Position numbers and translations under genes: made by a program. The notes under the pieces were generated by a model, which saw nothing but the letters and a program-made list of their open reading frames with translations, was not told the origin of the DNA and did not search any database. Below are positions 1-11,122 of a stretch of 64,000 nt of DNA, one piece after another. Source of the stretch: Promethearchaeota archaeon (lineage in GTDB: Archaea > Asgardarchaeota > Lokiarchaeia > Sigyniarchaeales > SOKP01); assembly GCA_019058245.1 (NCBI GenBank), contig JAHPZJ010000017.1, forward strand, positions 43,134 through 107,133, in the 5' to 3' direction. The stretch's first letter is position 1. Each line of letters begins with the position of its first letter.

Positions 1-2
1 CT

Positions 3-1703
3 GATGATCGAGATTTTGTAATGGAACAAGCCTTTAAAAAACAAGTTGGTGATTCTGACGTTGTCAATCAATACTCATACCGTATAATAAGAAAAGATGG
101 GGAGATCAGATGGTTCGAAATTCTCTCGAAAACTATAAATTATGAAGGACATCCGGCGGATTTAGCAATGATTATTGACATTACCGATAAAATAAAAGCT
201 GAAAGGCAGTTAAGAGATTCAGAAGATAAATTTTCTAAAGCATTCAATTCTAATGTTTTATCTATGAGCATATCATCTTTTGAAGATGGTAAATTCATTG
301 AAGTAAATGATGCTTTTTTAAATTATGTAGGTCATTCTAGGGAAGAAGTTATTGGTAAAACGACTGATGAGTTAGGTTTATGGGTTAGTGAAAAAGTTCG
401 GAAAAGATTTATAAGACTTATCGATAAACATGGAAGTCTATTTAATATAGAAACCAAAGATATACCAAGAACAGGAGAAACTAAATATGGTTTAGTCTCT
501 TATATTAAAATCATGCTTAATGAGAAGCCTTTTCTTCTTAGTATTCTAAATAACATAACTCCCCGGAAATTAGCTGAGCAGCAATTAAAAGAATCAGAAG
601 AAAAATTTAGATATATCGCAGATCATTCCTTATTGGGGATAACTATACTACAAGATGGTGTATTTAAATATTTTAATAAAAAAGTTGCTGAAACTTTTGG
701 AGGATCAGAAGAAGAGATTGAAAATTGGGGTCCGGGAGAATCAATAAAATTCATACATCCTGATGATCGTGACCTTGTAATAAGACAAGCACTTAAAGTA
801 CAACGTGGTGAATTTGATGATGCAGTTAACTATAAATATAGAATAGTAAAAAAAGATGGAAAAATTGGATGGCGTGAAACTTTCTCGAAATCAATAATTT
901 ATGAAGGTCGCCCAGCGGGTTTTGGAATTCACATTGATATTACAGAAAAGATCGAAGCGGAGCGGAAATTAAAAGAATCAAGGGAAAAATATCTTCGAGC
1001 ATATAATCAAGCAGAATTTTATAAAGATCTCTTTATCCATGATATAAATAATACTCTTCAGAGTCTTTATTCTTCTACCCAATTAATCGATATAGACTTA
1101 GAAGAAGATAGAAAAAATAATAATATTAATGAACTTATAGATATTATGTATAGACAGATTAATAGAGGGATAAATTTAATTTCTAATGTTCGTAAATTAT
1201 CTCAATTGGAAAATCATGAGATATCTCTCAAGGAAATCGATTTTTTTGATGTTTTAAAGCAATCCATAGAATTTTTAAAGAATACATTCCAAGATAGGAA
1301 CATTCAAATTAAATATGATATTTCTTGTGAGAATGTTCCAATCATTGGTAATGAACTACTTCAAGATGTGTTCGAGAATATTCTGATTAACTCAGTTAGA
1401 CATAACAATAATGATTGTGTAGAAATAGTAATTAAAACCTCACACGTAAAACAGGATGATAAATCTTATTGTAAACTAGAAATTATTGACAATGGCATTG
1501 GGATCGAGGATGAACGTAAGAAAAATGTGTTAAATCGGGCAGATCCTGATGCCAAAACTACATATGGAATGGGATTGGGCTTATCATTAGTCAAAAAAAT
1601 TATTGATAGTTATGGGGGAAAAATCTGGATTGAAGATAAAGTTGAAGGTGAGTATTCTAAGGGAACTAAAGTTATTTTATTAATACAAAAAGGTGGTTCT
1701 TGA
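3..1703 (+). CDS. Multi-PAS sensor histidine kinase (5'-partial, begins upstream of window)
   Basis: Frame is open from window start (DDRDFVMEQA). PAS/PAC repeats, H-box FYKDLFIHDINN, N-box ENILINSVRH, G1 DNGIGI, G2 GMGLGL. Confidence 0.92.
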   Translation, partial: DDRDFVMEQAFKKQVGDSDVVNQYSYRIIRKDGEIRWFEILSKTINYEGHPADLAMIIDITDKIKAERQLRDSEDKFSKAFNSNVLSMSISSFEDGKFIEVNDAFLNYVGHSREEVIGKTTDELGLWVSEKVRKRFIRLIDKHGSLFNIETKDIPRTGETKYGLVSYIKIMLNEKPFLLSILNNITPRKLAEQQLKESEEKFRYIADHSLLGITILQDGVFKYFNKKVAETFGGSEEEIENWGPGESIKFIHPDDRDLVIRQALKVQRGEFDDAVNYKYRIVKKDGKIGWRETFSKSIIYEGRPAGFGIHIDITEKIEAERKLKESREKYLRAYNQAEFYKDLFIHDINNTLQSLYSSTQLIDIDLEEDRKNNNINELIDIMYRQINRGINLISNVRKLSQLENHEISLKEIDFFDVLKQSIEFLKNTFQDRNIQIKYDISCENVPIIGNELLQDVFENILINSVRHNNNDCVEIVIKTSHVKQDDKSYCKLEIIDNGIGIEDERKKNVLNRADPDAKTTYGMGLGLSLVKKIIDSYGGKIWIEDKVEGEYSKGTKVILLIQKGGS

Positions 1704-2071
1704 TAACTACAGTTCTAATAGTTGATGATGATACAGATATTCTATTTTTGTATCAAAAAATGCTAGAATGTATTGGGGTAGAGGTGGTTGGAACAGCCCT
1801 TGATGGTGAAGAAGCCGTACAAATATTTAAATCATTTCAAAGAAAACCTGATATAATTCTAATGGATCATCGGATGCCAAAGAAAAATGGTCTTGAAGCC
1901 ACAAAAGAGATTTTAAGTATAAACAATCGTGTGAAAATTATTTTTGCGAGCGCTGATAGTAGTATTGAGAAGGAAGCCCTTTCAGTTGGCGCCATAAGTT
2001 TCAAAGAGAAACCCTTTAGTATCGAAAAAATAAAAAATAACCTCCTAAAAGCAATGAATTTAAATCAATAA
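1700..2071 (+). CDS. Single-domain response regulator receiver (CheY-like)
   Basis: VLIVDDD, DIILMDHRMP (phospho-Asp), KPF. TTG start overlaps the kinase TGA stop (TTGA), with GGTGG upstream. Confidence 0.92.
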   Translation: MITTVLIVDDDTDILFLYQKMLECIGVEVVGTALDGEEAVQIFKSFQRKPDIILMDHRMPKKNGLEATKEILSINNRVKIIFASADSSIEKEALSVGAISFKEKPFSIEKIKNNLLKAMNLNQ

Positions 2072-2495
2072 CTTCAGATAATTTAGACTAGAGAGATTCT
2101 ATTAATTTTAACATCAGGAGTTGGTATTACAAAGAGGAATAATATGTTAAATCTCAAAATAAAGGATTTAATTGATCTTATTAAGTTTCTTACTATTTAT
2201 AGAATGTACAATGAGAAAAATATTATTAATAAAATTATTTTAAGATCTGATCCAGATTAAGAAATTATCGAAATTATAATTACTGATAATTAATATTGTA
2301 TTTTTTTTAACTTTAAAATTTTAAAATTTATCAATAGTTACGAGTCTATAAGATTCCCTATTCTTTTGAAATTATAAAACAAAGCGATATTCTTAAAAAT
2401 AAATTCTACCATATTTAATTCAGTTTATTTTATAATTTAGTTACCACATCAGTAGTAAATATAAAATAAAACAGTAGACTGCTAAGGCTTTTTAG

Positions 2496-4778
2496 ATGAT
2501 AAATGAAATAAATGATGATTTAAATAAATTACTTGAAATACTTAAGATTATTACTGAACAGTCTCTCGTTGGGATAATAATAATACAGGATGGTAAATTA
2601 ATATATTTTAATAAGAGAGTATCTGAAACTTCTGGGTATTCAATAGAAGAGATTAAAGGTTGGAATCCTAATGATTTTCTTAAGGTTATCCATCCTGAAG
2701 ATCGGGAATCCGTCGCGGAACAAGCACGCAAAAGACAGTTAGCTGATCCAGAGGTTATCGATAAGAATAAATTTAGAATAATAAGGAAGAACGGGGAAAT
2801 TGCATGGATTAGAGTTTCTACGAAAAGAATAAATTATGAAGGTCGCACTGCAAATTTAGTAATGATTAATGATATAACTGATAAAATCAAATCTGAACAG
2901 AAATTAAAAGGATCAGAGGAAAAATTTAGAAATATCGCAGATCACTCTTTAGTGGCTATAAGTGTTCTACAAGATGGAGTATATAAATATTTTAATGACA
3001 AATTAGTTGAAATTAACGGATATTCTGCAGAGGAAATCAGAAATTGGGCTCCTAATGAATTTGCAAAAATAATCCATCCTGAAGATCGAGAATTTGTCAT
3101 GGAACAAGCACGTAAAAAGCAAACAGGTGATTCAGATGTTATCAATCAGTATCAATTTAGGATAAAAAGGAAAGATGGAGAGATTAGATGGATTGAAATT
3201 TTCTCAAAAACGATAAACTATGAAGGTCAGCCTGCAGATTTAATTATGACTAATGATATTACCGATAAAAAAAAGATTGAACAAAAATTGAAAGAATCAG
3301 AAGAAAAATTTAGAAATATCGCAGAACAATCTTTAATGGGGATATCTGTCACACAAGATGGTGTATTTAAATATTTTAATGATAGAGTTATTGAGAGCCT
3401 TGGATATTCAGTAGAAGAGATTGAAAGTTGGGGTCCTAATGAATTTGCAAAATTTATCTATCCTGAAGATCGAGAATTTGTCATGGAACAAGCACAGAAA
3501 AAACAAGCTGGAGATCCAGATGTTGTAAATCAATATCAATATAGAATAATAACGAAAGATGGAGTAATTAAATGGCTAGAAATATTTGCTAAAACAATAA
3601 ATTATGACGGTCATACTGCAGATTTAGCAATGACAGTTGATATTACCGATAAGATCGAAGCGGAACAGAAGCTAAAAGAATCTGAAGAAAAATTTTCTAA
3701 AGCGTTCAATTCTAATGCTTTAGCAATGTCTATAAGCACCATGGACGAAGGTATAATAATTGAAGTAAACGATGCCTTTCTAAAGCTTTTTGGGTTTTCT
3801 AGGAAAGAAATTACTGGTAAAACAGCTTCAGAAGCTAGATTAAAGGGTAGGGAGGAACGGAAAGAAATGTTAAGAACTATTGAAGAACAAGGAAGTATAA
3901 TTAATCATGAAACCGACTATAAAACTAAATCTGGGGAAGTTAGATACGGTTTATTTTCTTTCGTTAAAATTCTACTTAACGATAAACCCTTTCTTCTGAC
4001 AATTATAAATGATATTACACCATTGAAAATAGCTGAACAGAAATTAAAACAATCAAAGGAAAAATACCTTCGTGCATATAACCAAGTAGAGTTTTATAAA
4101 GACCTCTTTATCCATGATATAACTAATAATCTCCAGAGTCTTTATTCCTCTATCCAATTAATCGATATAAACTTAGATGAAAATTGTAAAAATAATACTA
4201 TTAAAGATTTCATAAATATTATATATAGACAGATAAATAGAGGTACAGAATTAGTTGCTAATGTTCGTAAATTGTCTCAATTGGAAGCGGAAGAAGTTTT
4301 CATTGATGAAATTGATGTTTTTGAGGTTTTAAATCGATCTATAGAATTTTTAAAGAATTTATTTCAAGATAAAAAAATTCAAATTAAATGGGATATATCA
4401 AGTGAAAAAGTCTTAATCCTTGGTAATAATCTACTTCAAGATGTATTCGAGAATATTCTTATCAACTCTGTTAGATATAATAATAATGATATTGCAGAAA
4501 TAATAATAAAAGCTTCACAAGTAGAACAAAATGGTATTTCTTATTGGAAACTTGAATTTATTGACAATGGTATCGGGATTGAGAATGAACGTAAGGAAAG
4601 CGTATTAAGTCGGGCAGATTTAGATTCTAAAACTACTTATGGAATGGGATTAGGGTTATCATTAGTTAAAAAAATCATTGAGAATTATGGAGGAAAAGTC
4701 TGGATTGAAGATAAAGTTGAAGGCGATTATTCTAAGGGAACTAATGTCATTTTATTAATGCAAAAAGGTGATCATTGA
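2496..4778 (+). CDS. Four-PAS sensor histidine kinase
   Basis: Repeated PAS modules, H-box HDITNN, HATPase G boxes; paralogue of 3..1703. Confidence 0.93.
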   Translation: MINEINDDLNKLLEILKIITEQSLVGIIIIQDGKLIYFNKRVSETSGYSIEEIKGWNPNDFLKVIHPEDRESVAEQARKRQLADPEVIDKNKFRIIRKNGEIAWIRVSTKRINYEGRTANLVMINDITDKIKSEQKLKGSEEKFRNIADHSLVAISVLQDGVYKYFNDKLVEINGYSAEEIRNWAPNEFAKIIHPEDREFVMEQARKKQTGDSDVINQYQFRIKRKDGEIRWIEIFSKTINYEGQPADLIMTNDITDKKKIEQKLKESEEKFRNIAEQSLMGISVTQDGVFKYFNDRVIESLGYSVEEIESWGPNEFAKFIYPEDREFVMEQAQKKQAGDPDVVNQYQYRIITKDGVIKWLEIFAKTINYDGHTADLAMTVDITDKIEAEQKLKESEEKFSKAFNSNALAMSISTMDEGIIIEVNDAFLKLFGFSRKEITGKTASEARLKGREERKEMLRTIEEQGSIINHETDYKTKSGEVRYGLFSFVKILLNDKPFLLTIINDITPLKIAEQKLKQSKEKYLRAYNQVEFYKDLFIHDITNNLQSLYSSIQLIDINLDENCKNNTIKDFINIIYRQINRGTELVANVRKLSQLEAEEVFIDEIDVFEVLNRSIEFLKNLFQDKKIQIKWDISSEKVLILGNNLLQDVFENILINSVRYNNNDIAEIIIKASQVEQNGISYWKLEFIDNGIGIENERKESVLSRADLDSKTTYGMGLGLSLVKKIIENYGGKVWIEDKVEGDYSKGTNVILLMQKGDH
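4590..4686 (+). repeat. 97-bp near-identical segment shared with 7832..7928 (HATPase G2 region)
   Basis: Manual alignment gives 95/97 identical, differing only in gatttagat vs gatctcgat. Confidence 0.85.
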
Positions 4779-5149
4779 TAACTATTTCAATTCTAATGGT
4801 TGATGATGATACAGACATTTTATTATTGTATCAAAAAATGCTAGAACATATTGGGTTTGAGGTAGTGGGAACAGCTAATAATGGTGAAGAAGCCGTACAA
4901 CTATTTAAATCATTTCAAAGAAAGCCTGATATAATTCTGATGGATCATCGGATGCCAAAGAAAAATGGCATTGAGACCACAAAAGAGATCTTAACTATAA
5001 ATAATCACTCTAAAATTATTTTCACGAGTGCTGATAGTAGTATTGAAAAAGAAGCCCTTTCAGTTGGAGCTTTAAGTTTTTTAAAAAAGCCTTTTAGTCT
5101 GGAAAGCCTAAAGGAAAATATTTTAAAAGCTATGATTTCAACTCAGTAA
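4775..5149 (+). CDS. Single-domain response regulator receiver
   Basis: Close paralogue of 1700..2071, with the same TTGA overlap with its kinase. Confidence 0.92.
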   Translation: MITISILMVDDDTDILLLYQKMLEHIGFEVVGTANNGEEAVQLFKSFQRKPDIILMDHRMPKKNGIETTKEILTINNHSKIIFTSADSSIEKEALSVGALSFLKKPFSLESLKENILKAMISTQ

Positions 5150-5356
5150 ATACAGTTAAAGATTATTTTCTCTTTCTATTTATATTTTTTTAATCCTATT
5201 TGATTAAAACTTATCTAATTAAAAATAATCTTTATATCAATTGTATAAATTTAAAGGTGGGCTGTTATTCCCATGATATTATCGACAACTATTATTATGA
5301 ATCTCAAATTAAATAATATGATAAATAGATTATTACTTTAAGAGAGGTCTACATAT

Positions 5357-6703
5357 ATGAACCGAAAGAGAGTTATTATTATAGGTGCTCTTGGTTATGA
5401 CTTTCACCTATTTAATACTGTTTTTAAGGATAACGAAGAATATTTTATTGTAGCATTCACTATTGCGGGAGAACAAAACGTAGGCACCACAGAAGAAACC
5501 GAAAGAAAATTTCCTGCAGAGCTAGCAGGTAGTTTATATCCAAATGGAATTCCAATGGTATCAGAAGATAAATTAGAAGATTTAATAAAGAAGTATCAGG
5601 TTGACGAAGTGGTTTTTGCCTATTCTGATGTATCTCACGAAGAAGTGATGCATAAAGCATCAAGGGCACTTGCTGCTGGTGCAAATTATCGCCTGATTTC
5701 AGGTAGATTTACGCAACTTAAAGCAAATAAACCCGTAGTTGCTATCTGTGCAGTAAGAACTGGATGTGGAAAAAGTCAAGTTTCTCGAGCTACATATAGA
5801 TATTTAAAGAATAAGGGATATAAAGTCGTAGCTATTCGCGAACCAATGCCTTATGGTGATTTAGTCCAACAAAATGTCATGAGATTTGAGAATTATGATG
5901 ATCTAGATAAATATGATTGTACTATTGAAGAACGCGAGGAATATGAACCTTATATTGAGCAAGGTTTAGTTATTTATTCTGGTGTGGATTATGAAAAAAT
6001 CATACGCGAAGCTGAGAAAGAAGCCGATGTAATTATTTTTGATGGTGGAAACAACGAAATTTCATTCTACATCCCTGATCTGCTATTTATAGTAGTAGAT
6101 CCTCTTAGACCAGGACATGAAGTTTTATATCATCCTGGAGAAGTTAATGCTCGATATGCTGATGCGTTTGTAATTAATAAGATGAATAATGCGAAAGCTG
6201 AAGATGTAAAGATTGTAGAAGATAATTTAAAAGCTCTAAATCCAAATGCTACTAAAATTTTTACAAATTCAATTGTAACAGTCGAGAATGATATTGATCT
6301 AAACGGAAAAAAAGTAATTGTCGTTGAGGACGGTCCTACATTGACTCATGGCAATATGTCTATTGGAGCCGGATTTGTAGCAGCAATCAATAATGGAGCA
6401 GAAATAGTCGATCCTAGACCCTATTTAACTGGAGCAATGAAATTAGTTTTCGAAGAATTTCCCCACATAACTCAAATCGTTCCAGCAATGGGCTATAATG
6501 AACAACAGATTAAAGATATGGAAGAAACTTTAAATAATGCTGAAGCTGAAATTGTTATTGATGGTAGTCCAATAAATCTTGAAAAATTAATAAAATGTAA
6601 CAAACCAATTGTACGAGTCAATTACGATATCGAATCAATAAAAAGTCCAACAATAGAGCAAGTACTTGACAAGTTTATTGATAAATGTCTAAAGAATTCT
6701 TAA
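5357..6703 (+). CDS. arcE: Arginine synthetase ArcE-like / cyclic 2,3-diphosphoglycerate synthetase-like P-loop protein (COG2403 family)
   Basis: N-terminal RVIIIGAxGxDFHxFN, P-loop AVRTGCGKS, REPMPYGDL, TIEEREEYEP, DGGNN, VEDGPTLTHG. OTC and carbamate kinase genes lie nearby. Confidence 0.72.
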   Translation: MNRKRVIIIGALGYDFHLFNTVFKDNEEYFIVAFTIAGEQNVGTTEETERKFPAELAGSLYPNGIPMVSEDKLEDLIKKYQVDEVVFAYSDVSHEEVMHKASRALAAGANYRLISGRFTQLKANKPVVAICAVRTGCGKSQVSRATYRYLKNKGYKVVAIREPMPYGDLVQQNVMRFENYDDLDKYDCTIEEREEYEPYIEQGLVIYSGVDYEKIIREAEKEADVIIFDGGNNEISFYIPDLLFIVVDPLRPGHEVLYHPGEVNARYADAFVINKMNNAKAEDVKIVEDNLKALNPNATKIFTNSIVTVENDIDLNGKKVIVVEDGPTLTHGNMSIGAGFVAAINNGAEIVDPRPYLTGAMKLVFEEFPHITQIVPAMGYNEQQIKDMEETLNNAEAEIVIDGSPINLEKLIKCNKPIVRVNYDIESIKSPTIEQVLDKFIDKCLKNS

Positions 6704-6889
6704 CTAAGTAATTTAAACTTTTTTTGAGATTAGGTTTTCTGTAAAATTTCTTAATCCTCAAACATATAACATAAAGAAATATTCTTATAAATATAATCCA
6801 ATATAATATTATTAGTTATATTTATGTGATTTTTTTTTTATCTGTACTAGAAAAAAGGGTTGCCTGAACTGTTTTAGGGGATTTTTAAC

Positions 6890-8023
6890 ATGGTATATAA
6901 TTTGGATGAATCTATGGAAACATTTAAAATAATTACAGAACAATCCCTCGTTGGAATAATCATAATACAAGATGGTCTATTTAAATATTTTAATGATAGA
7001 CTTACTAAAACTACAGGATATTCAGCAGAAGAGATCAAAAGATGGACTCCTAATGAATTTGCAAAAACAATTTATCCTGAAGATCGGGAATTTATTATGG
7101 AAATGGCACGTAAAAAACAAGCGGGTGATCCAGAGGTTCCCTATCAATATTCATATAGAGCGATAAGAAAGAATGGAGAAGTCTATTGGGTTGAAGTTTT
7201 TTCAAAAACTATAATTTATAAAGGGCGTCCAGCAGATTTTTTAATGGGGTATGAGATTACAGATAAGGTCAAAGCAGACCAAAAGTTAATAGAAACCAAG
7301 GAAAAATATCAAAAAGCATACCATCAAGCAGAATTCTATAAAGATCTATTTATTCATGATATAAACAATACACTTCAGAGTCTTTATTCATCTATCCAAT
7401 TGCTTGAAATAGGTTTAGAGAATATTCAAGAAAATAATGAGATGAAAGAACTCATTAATATTATGGATAGACAGATCAAAAGGGGTGTAAATTTAATCTC
7501 TAATGTTCGTAAACTATCTCAATTGGAAGAACATGAAATTTCTATTAGGGAAATAGATCTCCTTGAATTTTTAAAACGATCTATCGAATTTATAAAGAAT
7601 TCATTTCAAGAGAGGAAAATTCAAATCAAAATTGATGTATTTAATGAGAAGATGTTAGTAAAAGGTAATGAGTTACTTCAAGATGTATTCGAGAATATTC
7701 TTATCAACTCAGTGAGACATAATAATAATGATATTGTAGAAATAATAATAAAAACTTTACAAATAGAACAAGATGATACAACCTACTATAAACTTGAGTT
7801 TATTGACAATGGAATTGGCATTGAGGATCAGCGTAAGGAAAGCGTATTAAGTCGGGCAGATCTCGATTCTAAAACTACTTATGGAATGGGATTAGGGTTA
7901 TCATTAGTTAAAAAAATCATTGAGAATTTTGGAGGAAAAATTTGGATTGAGGATAGAGTTAAAAATGATTACTCTAAGGGAATTAATGTAAATTTATTAC
8001 TGTCAGAGTATGTTTCTTCATAA
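6890..8023 (+). CDS. Single-PAS sensor histidine kinase
   Basis: One PAS domain, HDINN H-box, HATPase; third paralogue. Confidence 0.92.
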   Translation: MVYNLDESMETFKIITEQSLVGIIIIQDGLFKYFNDRLTKTTGYSAEEIKRWTPNEFAKTIYPEDREFIMEMARKKQAGDPEVPYQYSYRAIRKNGEVYWVEVFSKTIIYKGRPADFLMGYEITDKVKADQKLIETKEKYQKAYHQAEFYKDLFIHDINNTLQSLYSSIQLLEIGLENIQENNEMKELINIMDRQIKRGVNLISNVRKLSQLEEHEISIREIDLLEFLKRSIEFIKNSFQERKIQIKIDVFNEKMLVKGNELLQDVFENILINSVRHNNNDIVEIIIKTLQIEQDDTTYYKLEFIDNGIGIEDQRKESVLSRADLDSKTTYGMGLGLSLVKKIIENFGGKIWIEDRVKNDYSKGINVNLLLSEYVSS

Positions 8024-8169
8024 ACAAAATTTTTATAGTAGATCATGATACAGACTGACTTTCGATTTTAGTTTAAAAATAACATGATTTTATTCTTATC
8101 GGTTATCTAATGCCAAAGATTAAACTCGATATGTGCGTTATTTAAATAATATTTAGTTCTTAAGACTCA

Positions 8170-8682
8170 TTAGCTCTTTACGTTCTTTTTCATTTTTAAA
8201 AGATAAAGAACATAAATCACTAGTCCTATTGCAAATACACCAATATCCATTAATAAAGCTCCAACCCAAGTACTATATACTCCAAGGCCAATATTTACTG
8301 CATCATCGAAGAGAAGTGGAACTCCAGTTGCGTTGGGGTCTATAGCACTCATTGGCCAACCTATTAAGTCTAAAATCCAATGACTAAAAACTACAAGGCC
8401 AATGATAATGCTTATATTCATTATTTCCTTACTCCATATTGTTGAAATATTTTCCGAATTTTTCCTTGATTTTAGATTAAAAGTAATGAGTGTCGTAATA
8501 AAAAAAGCGATTAATGACCAAATGATTGACATAAAAAGTCCATGAGTTATCCATAGAGCAAATATAAAAATAAAAGATAGAAGATCCAGAACCATAGAGC
8601 TTAATAATAGCGCCCAGAGAGGTATTTGAGGAGCAAAACGTTTGGTTGCTAAACCTATTCCAAGATGAGCTAAAGCAGGCAT
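8170..8682 (-). CDS. Membrane protein, putative metal-dependent hydrolase (YdjM-like)
   Basis: Hydrophobic helices, N-terminal His (LAHLG), THGL and SHWILD motifs. Confidence 0.6.
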   Translation of the reverse strand: MPALAHLGIGLATKRFAPQIPLWALLLSSMVLDLLSFIFIFALWITHGLFMSIIWSLIAFFITTLITFNLKSRKNSENISTIWSKEIMNISIIIGLVVFSHWILDLIGWPMSAIDPNATGVPLLFDDAVNIGLGVYSTWVGALLMDIGVFAIGLVIYVLYLLKMKKNVKS

Positions 8683-8838
8683 ATGATATAAAAATTTATA
8701 ATATTAAAAAATATTGATTAGTCCATTTTTTAATATTTGATAAGTTAAATAATATTTAATTCTATAGGCTCATTTAATCATCTATACTTTAAAATGATGT
8801 TTTTGATTTAGTAATTAAGACTTGGTAGTAGGAAATTT

Positions 8839-11019
8839 ATGATTCTAGCAGAAAAAAAATATAAAATCCAAGAAATCCAAAGAGGGTATGTAAATCGGAC
8901 TCTATATATCAATCTTAGTAGAAATGAAATTTCTATAAAGCCTGTTTCTGAAGAAATGAAAGATAAATTTATTGGAGGAAAGGGCTTTGATTTATGGCTT
9001 ATGTGGAACTCTCTTCCAAAAGATCAAATTGTAAAATGGGATGATCCTGAGAATGAGATTTGCATATCTTCAGGTCCATTAGGGGGGAGTATTTTTTATC
9101 CAGGTTCTGGAAAGTCAATTGTTACTTCAATATCTCCTCTAACAGGCATTATTATCGATTCTAATGTTGGAGGATACTTCGGACCTTATCTTAAATTTTC
9201 AGGTTTTGACGCATTAGAAATACAAGGAAAAGCGAAAAAAGATGTTGTCATTTATATTGATGGTATTGAGGGAATAATTCAAATTGAAGAAGTTGAAGAT
9301 TCTGAGAATTTATCAGAATTTTCTCATGAACTTACTCAACAATTAACAGAGAAGTATGCTATAGATGATGCGGAAAAAAGACAAATCTCTGTCGTTAGCA
9401 GTGGTCCAGCAGCTAAACATTCAAAGTGGGGGATGTTAAATTTCTCGTGGTATTCAACAATGCGCAAACATGCTTCTGTTAAGCAAGCAGGTAGAGGGGG
9501 AATAGGAACTGTATTTAGAAATAAAACTATAAGAGCATTAGTTTGTCGTTCTCCCAGCGTTTCAATAAGATCAAATAATCCAGCGGATTTAGAAACTGCG
9601 CGAGAACTTGGAAAGATTCATAGTAAAGATATTATGGATGTGGATCCTTTACAGAATGAAATGCGAAGAGTTGGAACGGGTTATTTACCAGATATTATGA
9701 ATGTCGTTGATCTACTTCCAACCGAGAACTTTCGATATGGTTCTCATAAAGAAATTAAAGATAAAAATATATCTTATAGTCGTGAAGAAATGCGAAAGGT
9801 TTATCATGTCAAAGAAGGAACGGATGGATGCTGGATTGGGTGCACTATGAGTTGTTCACATTATACAACGGGTCATAAAGTTTTGACAGGTCCTTTTAAA
9901 GGTCAAGAAGTAATTGTAGATGGTCCAGAATATGAAACTATAGCGGGGTGTGGATCAAATTGGGGAGTATGGGATGTAAAATGGGTTCTTGAAGTTAATT
10001 TTTATTGTGATACCTATGGTTTAGACACCATTTCTGTCGGGACAGGAATTGCTTTTGTTATGGAATGCTATGAGAAAGGTATTCTAAACAAAGAAATCAC
10101 GGGAAACCTTGAACTTAAATTTGGAAATGCTGAAGCTGCTTTAGAGTTAATACATCAGATGGCACGAGGAGATGGTTTTGGTGTAATTGTAGGAAAAGGA
10201 ATTAGGGAAATGAAAAAATTTTTTACCGAAAACTATGGTGGTAATCCTCAGTTTCTTAATGACATAGGGATGGAGCACAAAGGATTAGAATTTTCAGAAT
10301 ATATGACAAAAGAATCACTCGCTCAGCAAGGAGGATATGGATTAGCTCTTAAAGGGCCACAACATGATGAAGCATGGTTAATTTTTGAGGATATGGTAAG
10401 AAATACAATTCCAACTTTTGAAGATAAAGCAAAAGCTTTACGCTGGTTCCCTTATTGGAGGACCTGGTTCTCTTTAAATGGACTTTGTAAGCTCCCTTGG
10501 AACGATGCTATTGGCCCTCAAAATAAAGAACTTCCAATAAAAGATCCTGAAACAGGAGAGCTTCTCCAAGCTCGTGTTCCTTATCATGTTGAATGGTATG
10601 CCAAATATTTTTCAGCAGTTACAGGAAGAATCTCGACTCCAGATGATCTTATCATGATGTCAGAGAGAGTATACAATTTTCAGAGAATTTTTAATATTCG
10701 TTTGGGACAAGGGTTGCGTTCTGGAGACTCTAATTTACCATATAGATCAATGGGACCAGTTACAACCTTAGAATATGAAAGTCGTCAAGAAAGATATGAT
10801 GATCAACTTAAAGAATTAGGATTTGATCTATCAGATAAAAATACAGAAGAAAAAATAATGATTCTTCGAAAACATCGTGTTGAACAATATTCAAGACTTC
10901 AAGATGCCGTTTATAAGGAACGTGGATGGAATTTGAAAGGCTGTCCTACAATAGAAAAAATAAAAGAGTTAGGGATTAATTATGAAGATATTATGTCTAT
11001 AATTAAATTATATCAATAA
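8839..11019 (+). CDS. Tungsten-dependent aldehyde:ferredoxin oxidoreductase family protein
   Basis: FIGGKG, SPLTG-DSNVGG, QAGRGGIG, CxxGCxxxC, DGPEYET, CDTYGLDTIS. Confidence 0.9.
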   Translation: MILAEKKYKIQEIQRGYVNRTLYINLSRNEISIKPVSEEMKDKFIGGKGFDLWLMWNSLPKDQIVKWDDPENEICISSGPLGGSIFYPGSGKSIVTSISPLTGIIIDSNVGGYFGPYLKFSGFDALEIQGKAKKDVVIYIDGIEGIIQIEEVEDSENLSEFSHELTQQLTEKYAIDDAEKRQISVVSSGPAAKHSKWGMLNFSWYSTMRKHASVKQAGRGGIGTVFRNKTIRALVCRSPSVSIRSNNPADLETARELGKIHSKDIMDVDPLQNEMRRVGTGYLPDIMNVVDLLPTENFRYGSHKEIKDKNISYSREEMRKVYHVKEGTDGCWIGCTMSCSHYTTGHKVLTGPFKGQEVIVDGPEYETIAGCGSNWGVWDVKWVLEVNFYCDTYGLDTISVGTGIAFVMECYEKGILNKEITGNLELKFGNAEAALELIHQMARGDGFGVIVGKGIREMKKFFTENYGGNPQFLNDIGMEHKGLEFSEYMTKESLAQQGGYGLALKGPQHDEAWLIFEDMVRNTIPTFEDKAKALRWFPYWRTWFSLNGLCKLPWNDAIGPQNKELPIKDPETGELLQARVPYHVEWYAKYFSAVTGRISTPDDLIMMSERVYNFQRIFNIRLGQGLRSGDSNLPYRSMGPVTTLEYESRQERYDDQLKELGFDLSDKNTEEKIMILRKHRVEQYSRLQDAVYKERGWNLKGCPTIEKIKELGINYEDIMSIIKLYQ

Positions 11020-11122
11020 TTATAAATCTTTTAAATTAAATCATTCCTATATTAATCTTTTCTATAATTTTGCATAGTTATATTTATTAATTATAAATAT
11101 TTAGATTATAATCCGAAATGAA

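Noticed and set aside
1701-1706. TGA-TAA ends of two kinases (also 4776-4781) as C-terminal Sec
   Set aside because: Explained by the overlapping TTG ATA start of the receiver genes; no Cys-homologous context or nearby SECIS.
2110-2145. tcaggagttggtattacaaag resembling a HATPase 'SGVGIT' remnant
   Set aside because: Too short, with no extended open frame or similarity; could be chance.
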